Below are positions 24,849 to 36,239 of a stretch of DNA of 41,735 nucleotides, piece by piece (position 1 is the stretch's first letter; each line of letters opens with the position of its first letter). The stretch is taken from NCBI GenBank assembly GCA_049999805.1, contig JBNGIO010006246.1, forward strand, positions 1 to 41,735. The letters run 5' to 3'. The stretch comes from Folioceros fuciformis. Lineage: Eukaryota. The notes under the pieces are model-generated. The model ran no database searches. It saw only the letters and a list, made by a program, of their open reading frames with translations, and was not told where the DNA came from. Made by a program: the position numbers and the translations under genes.

Positions 24849-26528
24849 ATGTCGAGATCAGTTGGATTAGGGGGACAGGACGGTAGGGGAGGGAAGGTGG
24901 GAGATTTGCTACAGTCATGGCCCCAAGCCAAGGTGGTGAAGTTCCTCTTGCTGCTGCTCGTGCCTTTGTTCATTCTGCTGCCCATGGTGACATTCCAGAG
25001 CAGGTTTCTGGAGAGCGCGCACGGATGGATGTTTCTAGCCTTCGCCGGATCTGATGGCAGGGAACTAGGGCCGGGGCGTGGGCATGGCTGGGAGAGGTTG
25101 CTAGATCTTGGGCGGCAGGACAAGAGGTGTTACAGCAGGACGCAGCATTTGCTGTACAGAAGAGCGTCCAGGCAGTTTGCTCCAGGGACGGAGTTTGTGC
25201 AGGCGTGGGAGAAGTATGAGGTGTTGCACCGGAGGTGTGGCCATGGTAGGAGCTGGCAGGACACGTTCAGGAATTTGTCTTCGGAGGATTCTTGCAGGTT
25301 TTTGTACTACGAGGAAGGATTCGGGGGGTTAGGGAACCGGTTGCTCTCTTTGGTCTCTGCCTTCACTTATGCCTTGTTGACAGACAGGGTGCTGGTAATG
25401 GATGCTCACAGCAATCTTGCGAAGTTGCTGTGTGAGCCCTTCAAGGGGTCGTCGTGGCTGCTGCCGGACAACTTTCCGTACTGGGAGATGCTCCCCATGC
25501 CGCACCTGGGAGATGCGGTGCAGCAGGATTTCATGAACATCAGCCGGCTGTACGTGGAACTCCTGCACGAGCAGTCCTGGGGCGATCAGCAGTTCTTCTG
25601 CCAGAAGACACAGCAGCAGTTGCAGGAGGTGGCATGGATCTCGTGGAGGAGCAACCAGTACTACGTCCCTCGGCTCTTCACCATGGCTGGCCACTGGGAA
25701 GCCTTGACTCCACTCTTTCCAAATGTGTCTCTGGTCTTCACCCACATCAGCCGGCGCTTACTGCTGCCTCGGAACCCCATCTGGGACAGGATTCTGAGGG
25801 TGTACTGGTCATACTTGGCGTTTGCAAGCCAGCAAGTAGGAGTCCAGGTGAGAAGGCATTCAGCTCCTCCAGACTTCGACCCTGCAGCTCATGCCAGGGT
25901 TGTGGAATGCCTCACAGGGCATGGCATTCTCCCCAATGTGACATCCTCCCGGGAAGGCGAGGGCGACCTGCAGGGACTGTCCCTCTTACACCCAGCAAAA
26001 GCCATCCCGCAGCCCGACCAGAGCGCGATAGCCAAGAGCTTGGGCGAGGAGGTCACCACCCTGGGCCCCACCGTCGTGCTCGTAGCATCTCTCCAGATTG
26101 GGTACTCGCAGGAGCTGAAGAAGGCGTACACCAACACAAGAACAGCCGACGGCAGCCTGGTGCGGGTGCATCAAGTCACACAGGATGGCACGGAATGGGC
26201 ATCCTACGAGCAAGCCGTGGATGCCTTCACCGAGATGTGGCTGCTCAGCTTCAGCGACCGCCTTGCCACCAGCAGCTGGTCCACATTCGGCTACATAGCC
26301 CAAGGTCTGGGGGGCCTGCATCCCAGCATCATGAACATCAAGGGCGATTTCCAGCAGGATGGCCGCCCTGCTTGCGTCACTGGCCAGTCCGTGGAGCCTT
26401 GCAACCACTTCCCCTTCTACGACGTCGACTGCGGCTCTGACAGCCGCAGTTCAGAGCATCTGGCGTGGATCAAGAGGCATGTCCGACACTGTCAAGATGA
26501 AATTCGAGGCATTCAGCTAGTCCAATGA
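24849..26528 (+). CDS. GT37 alpha-1,2-fucosyltransferase (xyloglucan/AGP FUT family), intronless type II membrane protein
   Basis: N-terminal TM (KFLLLLLVPLFILLPMV), motifs GLGNRLLSLVSAFTYALLTDRVL, LLCEPF..SW, VGVQVR, EMWLLSFSD.L.TSSWSTFGYIAQGLGGL, SVEPCNHFP. First in-frame ATG at 24849. Confidence 0.92.
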   Translation: MSRSVGLGGQDGRGGKVGDLLQSWPQAKVVKFLLLLLVPLFILLPMVTFQSRFLESAHGWMFLAFAGSDGRELGPGRGHGWERLLDLGRQDKRCYSRTQHLLYRRASRQFAPGTEFVQAWEKYEVLHRRCGHGRSWQDTFRNLSSEDSCRFLYYEEGFGGLGNRLLSLVSAFTYALLTDRVLVMDAHSNLAKLLCEPFKGSSWLLPDNFPYWEMLPMPHLGDAVQQDFMNISRLYVELLHEQSWGDQQFFCQKTQQQLQEVAWISWRSNQYYVPRLFTMAGHWEALTPLFPNVSLVFTHISRRLLLPRNPIWDRILRVYWSYLAFASQQVGVQVRRHSAPPDFDPAAHARVVECLTGHGILPNVTSSREGEGDLQGLSLLHPAKAIPQPDQSAIAKSLGEEVTTLGPTVVLVASLQIGYSQELKKAYTNTRTADGSLVRVHQVTQDGTEWASYEQAVDAFTEMWLLSFSDRLATSSWSTFGYIAQGLGGLHPSIMNIKGDFQQDGRPACVTGQSVEPCNHFPFYDVDCGSDSRSSEHLAWIKRHVRHCQDEIRGIQLVQ

Positions 26529-26984
26529 CACAATGGGTAGCGTGCGTATGCGAGTGAGTGTGTACAAAAACAGCGGCTGTCCGCTTTAGTCAGTCGGCAG
26601 CAGAAGAGACTCAAATCCCGGACATCTCTTCACACACAACAAAGGTTTCCATTGTACTAGTAGACGCAGGCTTGCGTCGTCTGTCGCTTGCTCGATTCGA
26701 GAAAAGGAGACGCGTTTTTTCTCATCCGAATTAGTTACCCTGCGTCTCTGCTGTCTGTAATGCAGGCCCATTTCAAACTTGGCGCCAGAATTTCTGGATC
26801 GAGGAGGCCTCGCTTCCACCGGTCTGCTGCTCGGCCCCGTTCGAAATTTTTGCAGTGGATGATGCTTCGAGACGCGAATTCGTACATTGCGAGGACAAGG
26901 CTTGTGCTTTGACATGGCGTGTGGAACGGAGAGGAGCATCTTGTTGGCTTGTGTCGATGGAGCAGCTGGGTTTTCGCGTTGGGT

Positions 26985-26992
26985 TTTGGCGG
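26985..26992 (+). promoter_or_regulatory. Candidate E2F site upstream of DPB2
   Basis: TTTGGCGG matches the plant E2F consensus WTTSSCSS, ~55 nt upstream of the ATG of a replication gene. Confidence 0.4.
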
Positions 26993-27047
26993 GGCAGGGC
27001 TTGGATGGGGCGCGGCAGTAGAGGGCTGTAGATTGCTGTGAGGGAGG

Positions 27048-29707
27048 ATGGGGTTGGAGCAGGTCCGTATGCACAAAGTGCAACAGAAGTTCAAGCTCAG
27101 GGGGCTGACGCTGACTGTGGATGCAGCCAAGGCGTTTTTCGCGTTTGTGAACGAGTCTGGCTTGCCGTGGCAAGATGCGCTAGACCAGATTATCTCTCAC
27201 ATCGATCGAATCTCATGTAAGTGCTGCTGCTTTGGCTTCAGGGGAGTTGGGGAAAGGGGGGGGATCGGTGTCAAGGTTGTGCTGGGTCGAGGTGTGTGAG
27301 CCTGTGTGAACCTGGTTGTGGTGGTGCAGTGAAGAGCAATGTGGTTGCGAAGGAAGCACTTGAGGAGCTGGTGCAGTGCGTCACTGGTGTGAGTGGAAAC
27401 GATGACACGGTGTTGCAAGTCATTGATGCCTTCGACATTCCCAAGTTCTTCTATGATCCTGTCCGCAAAGTCTTCTTCCCGTAAGAGGGTGACGGGCTTG
27501 TTGAAGCTGACGATTGTGCTTCCGAGTTGCCATCGTGGTGGTGGGACTCACGGGCTTGTTGTATTGGCATGCTTGAGGCAGGTTCAAGGGGAAGTTATCC
27601 ATTCACGGCGACGCGGCCTCTAAAGCAGAGTTGTACAGAGACAGACTGCAGCTCCTTTACCAGCGTCTTGCGAGGGACAAGCTCTTCTCCAAACCTGCCT
27701 TTGGAATGTCGGGGTCAGAGACTGGGAGCTGCCAGGTGAGTTCTCAAACGTTCTTCGCTAGACTGAGATGCTTTCATTCTGAGCTGTACTTCGCTTCTCA
27801 CCTGCTCGAACCCCTTTTGCAGATGACTCCTCTGCAGTCTTTGGTGGGGTCTGCTGGAATCAGATGGGTGATGGGTGTCATGTCGCAGCTGGAAGATGGA
27901 AGGTTCTTCCTTGAGGATTCAACAGCAGCCATACCGATAGACGTGTCCCAAGCAATATCCTACCGTCTTGACTTTGATGCTGCTGCGAGTTCGATGTCTT
28001 TCTCGAGTTCATGCTGGAGACTTCTTCTTGACTCCTCGTTTTGCACAAGATTACAGCAGGCTTCTTCACCGAGAACTGCATTGTGGTCGCGGAGGGGGAG
28101 CTCCAGCCGTCTGGCACTTTTGTGGTAATGCATCCTGAGCAACATGCTGGGGCTTTGTTTCTGCTCATCGATTGCCTGTGGTTACCTTGCCTTGAAAGCG
28201 ATGTCATTGTAATGTACAGATCTACTCACTGGGATTGCCGCCCTTAGAAAATCGGAATGTGTCCCTCACAGTGACTGCTGGCCTTGACTTTTTTGGAGGA
28301 GGTGTTTTGAGTTCTGAAGAGACAGTATCCTTGAACCCGCAAGAACAACGTGATAGGACCCCATTGCTGTCGGAATGCGTACGCTAACCTACTTGAGGCG
28401 CACCTTAACAGCCTCCAGCTGCGGCTTACCAAGAGGGAGGAGCTGGCCGTGAACGACATGTTTGTTGTCATATCAGACATCTGGCTGGACAGTGAGGAGG
28501 TATGTGACGGGTACCCAAAGTGCTGTGGAAAATTGCTTCCTTCTGAGTTGTGCCAACACCACTGATCTGTCTGACGCAGACAATGCAAAAGCTTTACATG
28601 GTCTTCACTGGCTACGAGTCGGTGGAAATCGTACCCACTTTATTCATTCTAATGGGAAATTTCTGCTCTCAACCTTGCTGCCAAACATTCCATGCGTTTG
28701 GAGACCTTCGGTACAGTAACCCAGAACACCTCCTTCTCTTGACCTACCCATGAAAGCATGTCGCCATTTGCAAGCTCTCAAAGGACTCGTCCATTCATAG
28801 GTCACAGTTCAGGAGACTAGGGGAGTTGATAGCTGCTTGTCCGCGGATAAACGAGCAGAGTCGGTTCTTATTCATTCCCGGCCCCGACGATCCTGGTAAG
28901 AGGCACATCTCTCATGCATGTGGCTTACTCTACTTGGATCTCTCATGCATGCAGCGTACTAACATCCTTGGTCTTCTTCCCTGTCTGTGAAGGACCTGCA
29001 AAGGTGCTTCCTCGACCCCGGCTGCCGGAGTACTTCGTAGCGGACTTGGGGAAGCTCGTTCCCAATGCTGTCTTTGCCAGTAATCCTTGCAGGTCTGCCC
29101 TGAATTCCTTGCTTCAATTCCAGTATCTGTTGTGCGACTTGTCAACCATAGTCCACACATGTGTCATGCCCTTGTCTGGCAGGCTCCGGTACTACGCACA
29201 AGAGATTGTTCTTTTCCGGCAAGACATGGTTCACCGGATGCGCAGATCGTGCATCATACCACCTTCGCAAGAAGAGACGAAGGAACCCTTTGAGCACGTA
29301 TGTTTCTGTTAACTGAAACCAGTCTTGCTCTTCTTGCGTGTGCTGGAAAAATGCCAACCTGCTCCGTTTCCTTCTGTCGCAGATGGTTGCCACAGTGACG
29401 CACCAAAGCCACCTCTGCCCTTTGCCGCTTCTCAGGGTACCTATTATCTGGAACTATGATCACTCTCTTCGGTTATACCCGACGCCCCACACGGTACGAT
29501 ATGCTTTCACATAGTCTATTCCAACGTGCAAAAAGACGACACTGACTCTACTTGCCACCCATGCAGTTGATACTGGCAGATCAATCACAGCAACGGACCT
29601 TCAACTACGTGGGAGTGATAGCATTTAATCCGGGATCCTTCAACTCTGATGGCACGTTTATTGCATACAGACCTGCTAGCAAAGAAGCAGAACTGTCCGC
29701 GGTATGA
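27048..29707 (+). CDS. DPB2: DNA polymerase epsilon subunit B (DPB2/POLE2), multi-exon
   Basis: Exons encode KVQQKFKLRGLTL, VIDAFDIPKFFYDPVRKVF, LYRDRLQLLYQRLAR, WVMGVMSQLEDGRFFLED, GFFTENCIVVAEGE, MFVVISDIWLD, FILMGNF, FLFIPGPDDP, SNPCR, LFRQD, QSHLCPLP, LRLYPTP, FNPGSF; stop TGA ends at 29707. Confidence 0.95.
27955..28046 (+). other. U12-type AT-AC intron in DPB2
   Basis: GCA|ATATCCT..., branch TTCTTGAC, ...TGCAC|AAG. Removal gives ..IDVSQA-KITAGFF in frame. Confidence 0.88.
28325..28418 (+). other. U12-type GT-AG intron in DPB2
   Basis: ACA|GTATCCTT..., branch CCTTAAC about 10 nt before CCAG|CTG. Removal gives ..SSEET-LRLTKREE in frame. Confidence 0.88.
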
Positions 29708-30054
29708 CGTCGTACGAGATTTTGTACAGACCAACCTGCCTACGTCAGGCAAGTCAAGCCACAACGTGGATTCTGGAACATCGGACTCTCACATCATGCT
29801 ATGATCCATGTCAGTCTCAAACTAGCCCTGTAGGTGCCCGTCTTAGGATCCTGGCAAGAAAAGGATTGCTGTACAATGCTTAATGCAGAAGAACCCCATC
29901 TCACCCCGGAGTATCGTGTCGATGCGCAGAGTGCCGGACCAGGCTCTGTGCTCCCAAGTTTAGCGTAGGGCGTGAGCTGTCCGAGGTACATGGCCAGGAC
30001 CAGACTCAGCCGGAATGCACTTTTCCAAAAAAGCCGAACAAGCTGCTCCAGACA

Positions 30055-31602
30055 TCAGCCCAATCCGGGGAAATACTTGTCCCATGGAAAGAAATGACCC
30101 AAACCCGGTGCCGTGATGGAGGAGGAGGATGAATAGACGGGCCACCACTTAAATAAGGTGCCAATAACGAGGGACTTCTGCGTAAGAGATGAAACCTTGG
30201 CTAAACAGAACAGCGCATAATCCTCCACTTCAATGTGTTTTACAGCTCCTGGAGTCAGCTGCAAACCATTTGAACTGGTCAGAGAAGGGCAAATCGAGAG
30301 ACGAAGTACATCATTGAAAAGATAAATCAGAAAACGCAATAAACCCGATGTCTAAATAATTCACCATAGGGCCCTCGTGCAGTGGAAAGTTGATGTCTAC
30401 CTGTGATCTGATGCGGTCAAACCCACTCATCTCAGTTTTTCCGTCCGTCCGCATCTATCATATTAAGGACTTCATCAGAAACAACGAAATTGGATCATAG
30501 TCATGAATAGGATGCTGTCCACTTCCATGACATTCGAAAACTCAAGTCCCCTGCATGTGCTACAAGGAAGCATAACCAACACACAAGCTACGTAACCAAG
30601 ACACCCATAAAAATGCCAGAGTCACACGCTGAAAGGCCGCTAGGAGGGAAAGGAGTGGCAAATCCAGAAACAACAGGGCAGCAAATGACATACCTGTTCA
30701 GCCCAGACATAAATCGAATCACGTGGTGGTTTGGTCCAACACAGAAGCAAACTGATGGTCACAATCAACGAACTCGGATAATGCCATCCCAAAATAAGGG
30801 CTCCCACAAACGAAGCTGCTACAAGAACTACTGCTACCCACTCAGGAACCTCCCGTAGCTTGTCACGATTATTCGGCCCATACGGAGACCATACTCTATG
30901 GTCCCCTTGATCTGCAATTCCCACACGCGCAGCCAATGAAGGGGCAACTTACAAACACATAAACCAAGATGAAACTTGACTGACACCTCCCACTTGAATC
31001 ATCCGCTAATCTACCTTTCTCACACAGGGCAGCATCCCGTGCATACACCCTGCCGTGATGACCAGCTGCTGCAGTGAAAACCAGTACCTTGGAAGTATGA
31101 CATCTCCATCCTGGTACACCACACACACAAATTATGACAAACATCCTCGCCGACTGCATACAATCTGCCTAATCCCCGTTGGAAACAATGATTTACACCT
31201 TTAATTCCACCAGCACCCCCTTGGAGAAAAAAAAACCTGGATGAATGGCCGGCCACACGGTTTGCTTCAGTGCCCTTAATTCAGCAGTACCAGCTGAGAA
31301 ATATCTGAAGACGGAGCCAGAGGAGCCAGCACACGCAAATGGATGACACTTGCTGAGACCTGCATTCAGAAACGCGATTAAACCGCTGTCCGCCGCATAT
31401 GCACCACTCTCACAAACATGACCTAGACCTACTAGATCCATGGCCAAGACTGCACGGCACTGTAAGGATCTGCAGCCGGAACTGAGCTGAGCATGCACCC
31501 TAAAGCACCTGGCGCGCCGAAAGGGGAGAGCCTAATCGACCAGTGGGGGACGGAAGCGGACAGGCGCAGACAAGAGGGCGCCACCAGCCTGGCGACCTGC
31601 AT
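30055..31602 (-). CDS. Small uncharacterised membrane protein, possibly plastid-targeted; 5' exon structure unresolved
   Basis: In-frame spliceable exons 30911-30694, 30454-30401 and 30258-30055 give ..EWVAVVLVAASFVGALILGWHYPSSLIVTISLLLCWTKPPRDSIYVWAEQ-MRTDGKTEMSGFDRIRSQ-LTPGAVKHIEVEDYALFCLAKV..LVIGTLFKWWPV... A transit-peptide-like ORF MQVARLVAPSCLRLSAS begins at 31602. Confidence 0.6.
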
Positions 31603-32712
31603 GACGAGCTGGGAGCTCGAAGCTTGGACCGTGGCCGCAACAGAACTACGTATTACCAAACCAAGCGAAGTAATCCCTTCACTTCTAGCCCTCAAACCAG
31701 TTCAAACGGCCTTCGGGAGAGAAAAACACACAAGTAATCATCTCAAGGGACGTCAAAGAAACCCAAAAACGTCAGTCACCGTAGGATTGTCGAAGGAGTC
31801 TCATTCTAGAGAGGCGGAGACTCCACTGCAAGAACACAAGTGAAGATCGTAATAAAAAAACATATAATTAGAAATTTTGTTAGAAGAGTATTAAGGCATC
31901 CATTTACCCAAACAATAACTCTGCTAGTTGTGCATACCTATCTTCAAACTATGTACTGCAATGCAAATGTTATGGCAGGAGATAAGGAAAGGCCTACCTA
32001 AAACAATGCGCATGACATGTTATCTTCTTGTGGATTGCCGTAGTAAATCACTAGAAAAAAATTTTATTTATTTCAGAAAACCAAGATGGAAAAACCATCT
32101 AACCTAGAGAGCATGCTAGGGCTAACCCCTGAAGCCTAATGTCTACCAATAGCACCTAAAACTATTATGATTTGGGAGGATAAAGGGTCTACAAAAGTGC
32201 AAAGGTTTGAAGAAAGTGTTAGCATTGCAGTAACACTTTTTTCAATAACATACACTCGTTGTGAAGAAAGGTTGCCACCAAGAAGACCCTAACCTAAAAC
32301 TCACAAATGCTTCTCACAACATATATGTTGCAGGTATCTCTAGGAATAATTTGGGTTTCATGGCAAACCAAGAAAGATTGAATACAAACTTAAAGGTAGA
32401 TTAGTGAGGTACCTAAACTACATGAAATTAATGGAATATGGATTGTAACTTGATTTCTAGCTCATATGGAGCTAGAATGCCTCAACAATGGGATGTTGGT
32501 AGAAGAGCCAATGATTTCATTTCTAGGGATTGATCACCTTGTTTTCTCTTCTGATGTTTGAAAGGCTTTGTGTTGAAAAACAAGAAGCTAGCATAGTTCT
32601 AGGAATCCCAATAAGAAGAGTCCAGGAGTCCTAGCTCGAGAGTTTTGACTAAGCCAATTCAAGGAGTCTCGGCTTAAATAGTTGCGAGAGTCCCAGCTAG
32701 AACGGTCCAAGC

Positions 32713-32784
32713 AATCTTAACTAAAATAGTCTCACTTTCTCGGCTAGTAATCTTAACTGAAATAGTCTCACTTTCTCGGCTAGA
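32713..32784. repeat. 36-bp tandem duplication
   Basis: AATCTTAACT(A/G)AAATAGTCTCACTTTCTCGGCTAG occurs twice in tandem. Confidence 0.85.
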
Positions 32785-33184
32785 AGAATCTCGAGAGTCC
32801 CAATTGAACTTCCTCAAAACGAAAAGAGTCTTGCTAATGGGGTTTAGGTAGAGCTAGTGAAGCATCTACTCCTTCGAGAGACTCCCTCTATAATGAGAGG
32901 GAATCACAAAGGTTACTTTACATGGAGCTTGGTCAAGCTAGTTTGCACTAATTGGGAGCCCATTGGTCACACCCAGATGTCATTCAGAGGTGCATACAAC
33001 AATGAGAGAAATCTACTTTACATTTCTCAGCAAAAGAGCTACAAAGGCCTTTTTCCTCTAACAATAGCACTTCAAGTTCAACTTTGAAGAGAGCATGCAA
33101 GTGCGCACCACTGACTTAGTGGCATGCCCCAAATATGGTCTCGAAGTTGGCTAGTGTGTGGGGCTTCAAGCATGTGCTGGAAGC

Positions 33185-33440
33185 TGACTAGCCCTAACAA
33201 AGTGCACACCAGGAGTCTACTAGCACAGCCCAAGAGCACGCTAGCACTCGACTAGCACGCCCCAAGTGCACACCAGCAATCGACTAGCACACCCCAAGAG
33301 CACACCAGCAATCGACTAGCACACCCCAAGTGCACACCAGCAGTCGACTAGCACACCCCAAGTGCACACCAGCAATCGACTAGCACACCCCAAGTGCACA
33401 CCAGTGTATGTCAAGAGCTAGCTAATATGCCCCAAGTGAG
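33185..33440. repeat. 32-bp minisatellite (GACTAGCACACCCCAAGTGCACACCAGCAATC), ~7 copies
   Basis: (G/T)ACTAGCAC at 33218, 33250, 33282, 33314, 33346 and 33378 (32-bp period), with degenerate flanking copies. Confidence 0.92.
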
Positions 33441-34700
33441 CATTGAGAGCAGTTTGGCGGACCTCATGTCAATCAGCATGCACTGGTCAGAAAATTCAAA
33501 AACATATAAATAATCCAAAAATCCCATTCTACTACAAAATATGTTTTTTCTGTACTCTCATGAGCTTTGTGATATTTTTGAAGATAGTTTGTAAAGATTT
33601 CAACTCTTTTAACACACCTTTTGTAGAACAAACATGAGCTCATTTTAGCTAGTCGATGAGTTCATCTTTCTTCTTGTGGTCTAAACTATAAATAAAATAA
33701 AATAAGAATATTTATCATGTTTCATATCTTGAAATGTTTAGCTTAAGTGTAATTTTAACTGTAAACAATACCCATCTTATTCTAGAATGACACGCGAATC
33801 AAGAACATAATATTTTTTCAAGTATAAAAGATAAATTTAATGATGCCTAAATTTAATAAAAATCTAAGAATAAAAGTATTGTTAGGTTTAGTGAGTGAAA
33901 GATTTGTTTGCACACTAGAATCTAAGCATGTTGTATGAAAATCCTAAATATCTATTTTTCGTCAAACTTGATAATGATCTTGTTAATCTTGTAAATTTTA
34001 AAATCAAATATATTTATAGTAACATAAAGAAACCATAAACTCTTTAAAATAGCCATATTTTGGAAGAATTTTTTAGATGTAGGAAAGAGCTCTAAGTGGA
34101 AAAACAGGTTTCTTCTTCCCCGAACATTGTTGCTCATATGAGCATCATATTCTCCTAATTCTCCAAGCAAGACATCTTGAAAACTTCACCAGAGCTTACC
34201 TTACAAGTCATGGTGCTTAACGTAAGCTTCCTTTCTTAAGGCTGTTGTTGACAAGAGCATCTTATTATGATTACGTTAACCAATACTTAATGTAGTCAAA
34301 GTGCCGTGACAAGCTATGCAATGCAAATTTCGAGATAACTTGTCATCTTCACGGCATGTAATATCAAAAGATTATTTTCTATTATTGAAAGAGAGATTAA
34401 AAGTCCTATCTACTCCAAAGATGGGAGGAACAACTCAATTAGGGCCAAACCCAAAAAGGCATTACTACTAGTGCCCCCTTCAAACATCATTCTCAAAAAC
34501 TACCTACTACTCCCAAAATATCACAATGTGTAATATGTAAAGGTTGCGGCGAATAGTCTTTTTGTTCGTTCCCATCGTGACACAACGGGAGTAGTGGGTA
34601 AGGGGATTGCTCTGCAAGGTAGTGATCTCTTTGAATGAATATGGATTGCCCTTCTAGTGATGGTGTTGGCCAATGCAAATTTCAAGCCAAGATAAAAACT

Positions 34701-34862
34701 CTAAACCCTAAACCCCAAACCCTAAACCCCAAACACTAAACCCCAAACCCTAAACCCTAAACATTAAACATTAAACCCTAAACCCTAAACCACTAAACAC
34801 TAATCGCTAAATCCCAAACACTAAACCCTAAACACTAAACCGTAAAATCCAAAACCCTAAAA
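34701..34862 (+). repeat. Degenerate interstitial telomeric repeat, Arabidopsis-type (CCCTAAA)n
   Basis: About 22 heptamers: CCCTAAA plus variants CCCCAAA, CACTAAA, CATTAAA. Confidence 0.9.
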
Positions 34863-36239
34863 ACATAGGGCATGCAACATAACACTTTGTAGTAAGTGAT
34901 CTCTTTGTTTTTGGTAAGGGCGAGCTTGAGGATAAACAAGGAATGGGATATATAATCATGAAAACTAACTACTCTAAGCAAAGGCAAAGAACAATAAGAA
35001 AAACGGGTCTGGACTACAGTTCCCCAGAGAGAATGTTCAGAAGTTTCCATAGCCGCCAAGTGCAAAATACGTTATCTCTACGTACATATGTATTTAAATT
35101 TATCCTCATCGTTGGCAGATACATACACAGGGAGATATGTATGTGAAGTGAGTCATGATTCGTATGCTGTAAAACGCTTCCGCCAACTAAGGCTCGTACG
35201 GGCAGCACAAAACATGTGGCAGTGCGCGATACAGTAGTCAAATCATAAAAGCCGGCCCGCTGGAGAGAGACTTTGCAGGCTGCAAGCCGGATGCTTTTTC
35301 TTTCAGCAGCTTCCATTCCTTCAACTCCTGTCGGACGCAACGCCAGCGGTAGCACTGACGCGGTCTGTCTGGGATACATTGACGGGCTCCATAAAAGCCC
35401 GTTTCACATGTCCCAGCTATCGATGGTTCCACCGCTGCGTGGATGGAGCTCATTCGGCGCCAGGGTATCTGGATCTTCCTCCCCCGTAGTAACGTGCTTG
35501 ACGTGGGAGTGAAATGCCTGGTTTGTTCTCGGGGCGCACATGGGTGGACGGCCCCGCGGACTAGTGTTCATCATTTGTACCGACACCGCAGAGGAAATGA
35601 TGCGGGTGGACCCTCCGCGCCCGTGCTCCGAATTGTTAGGTCATGGTCTTGCTCCGTTTGGTCATTGAGATCATGTGTTTAGCGGAAATGGGACAAGCTC
35701 GCTGGAATGAAGCGTCACTTGCTGATGCCGCCTCTCTTTGACTTCGCATTTTAAGGTGGCAGGAAGAAGTTAGATGAATGCGACGAATGTGAGCAGATCT
35801 GAGAAAATGGACTGTCGGAGGTCTCGGCAATGACGATGGTGGCCTTGCTACGCGGTTATGTTCACAAACCTCTTCAGAATACACATCAAAAATCATGGAA
35901 CTGGTGATGAATCTGTAATGGAAATGGAAACCTGACACTCTGCTGTATGATCTACAAATTCCCTAAGGTACTGAAGGACAGGTATAAGCGCGCTCTGGCA
36001 GGTGGTAACCTTCGCCGGTTTGTTCGGGGATGCAATGTACAGCAAGGGGAACACCGGACTTCATACACAGCTAGACGGCAATTCTCGCCGCTTCGAAAAA
36101 AAATCTCCACACCTGGAGCATGCCTGAATCTGAGGCTAATCCGGGATGAGGTACACACTAAGGACTCCCTCCAGCAGTGTAGTCTGTAGAGAGTTTGAAA
36201 GCCGAAGTCGAGGGTTCGGAGCGATAGGGATGGCCGGTC

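Larger units (their letters stand above)
31850..34690. mobile_element. AT-rich TE/repeat-derived intergenic block
   Basis: Abrupt drop in GC, no gene-like ORFs, internal tandem duplications. Family not identifiable. Confidence 0.35.

Noticed and set aside
25454-26440. 328-aa alternative-frame ORF within the fucosyltransferase
   Set aside because: Shadow frame of a GC-rich CDS with no domain features.
34701-34862. Telomerase RNA gene or true chromosome end
   Set aside because: The array is degenerate and internal, and I recognised no Pol III USE/TATA promoter.
35000-36200. Second peptide-precursor paralogue next to the PSK-like gene
   Set aside because: I found no signal-peptide exon or DY motif in an open frame; the short ORFs look random.
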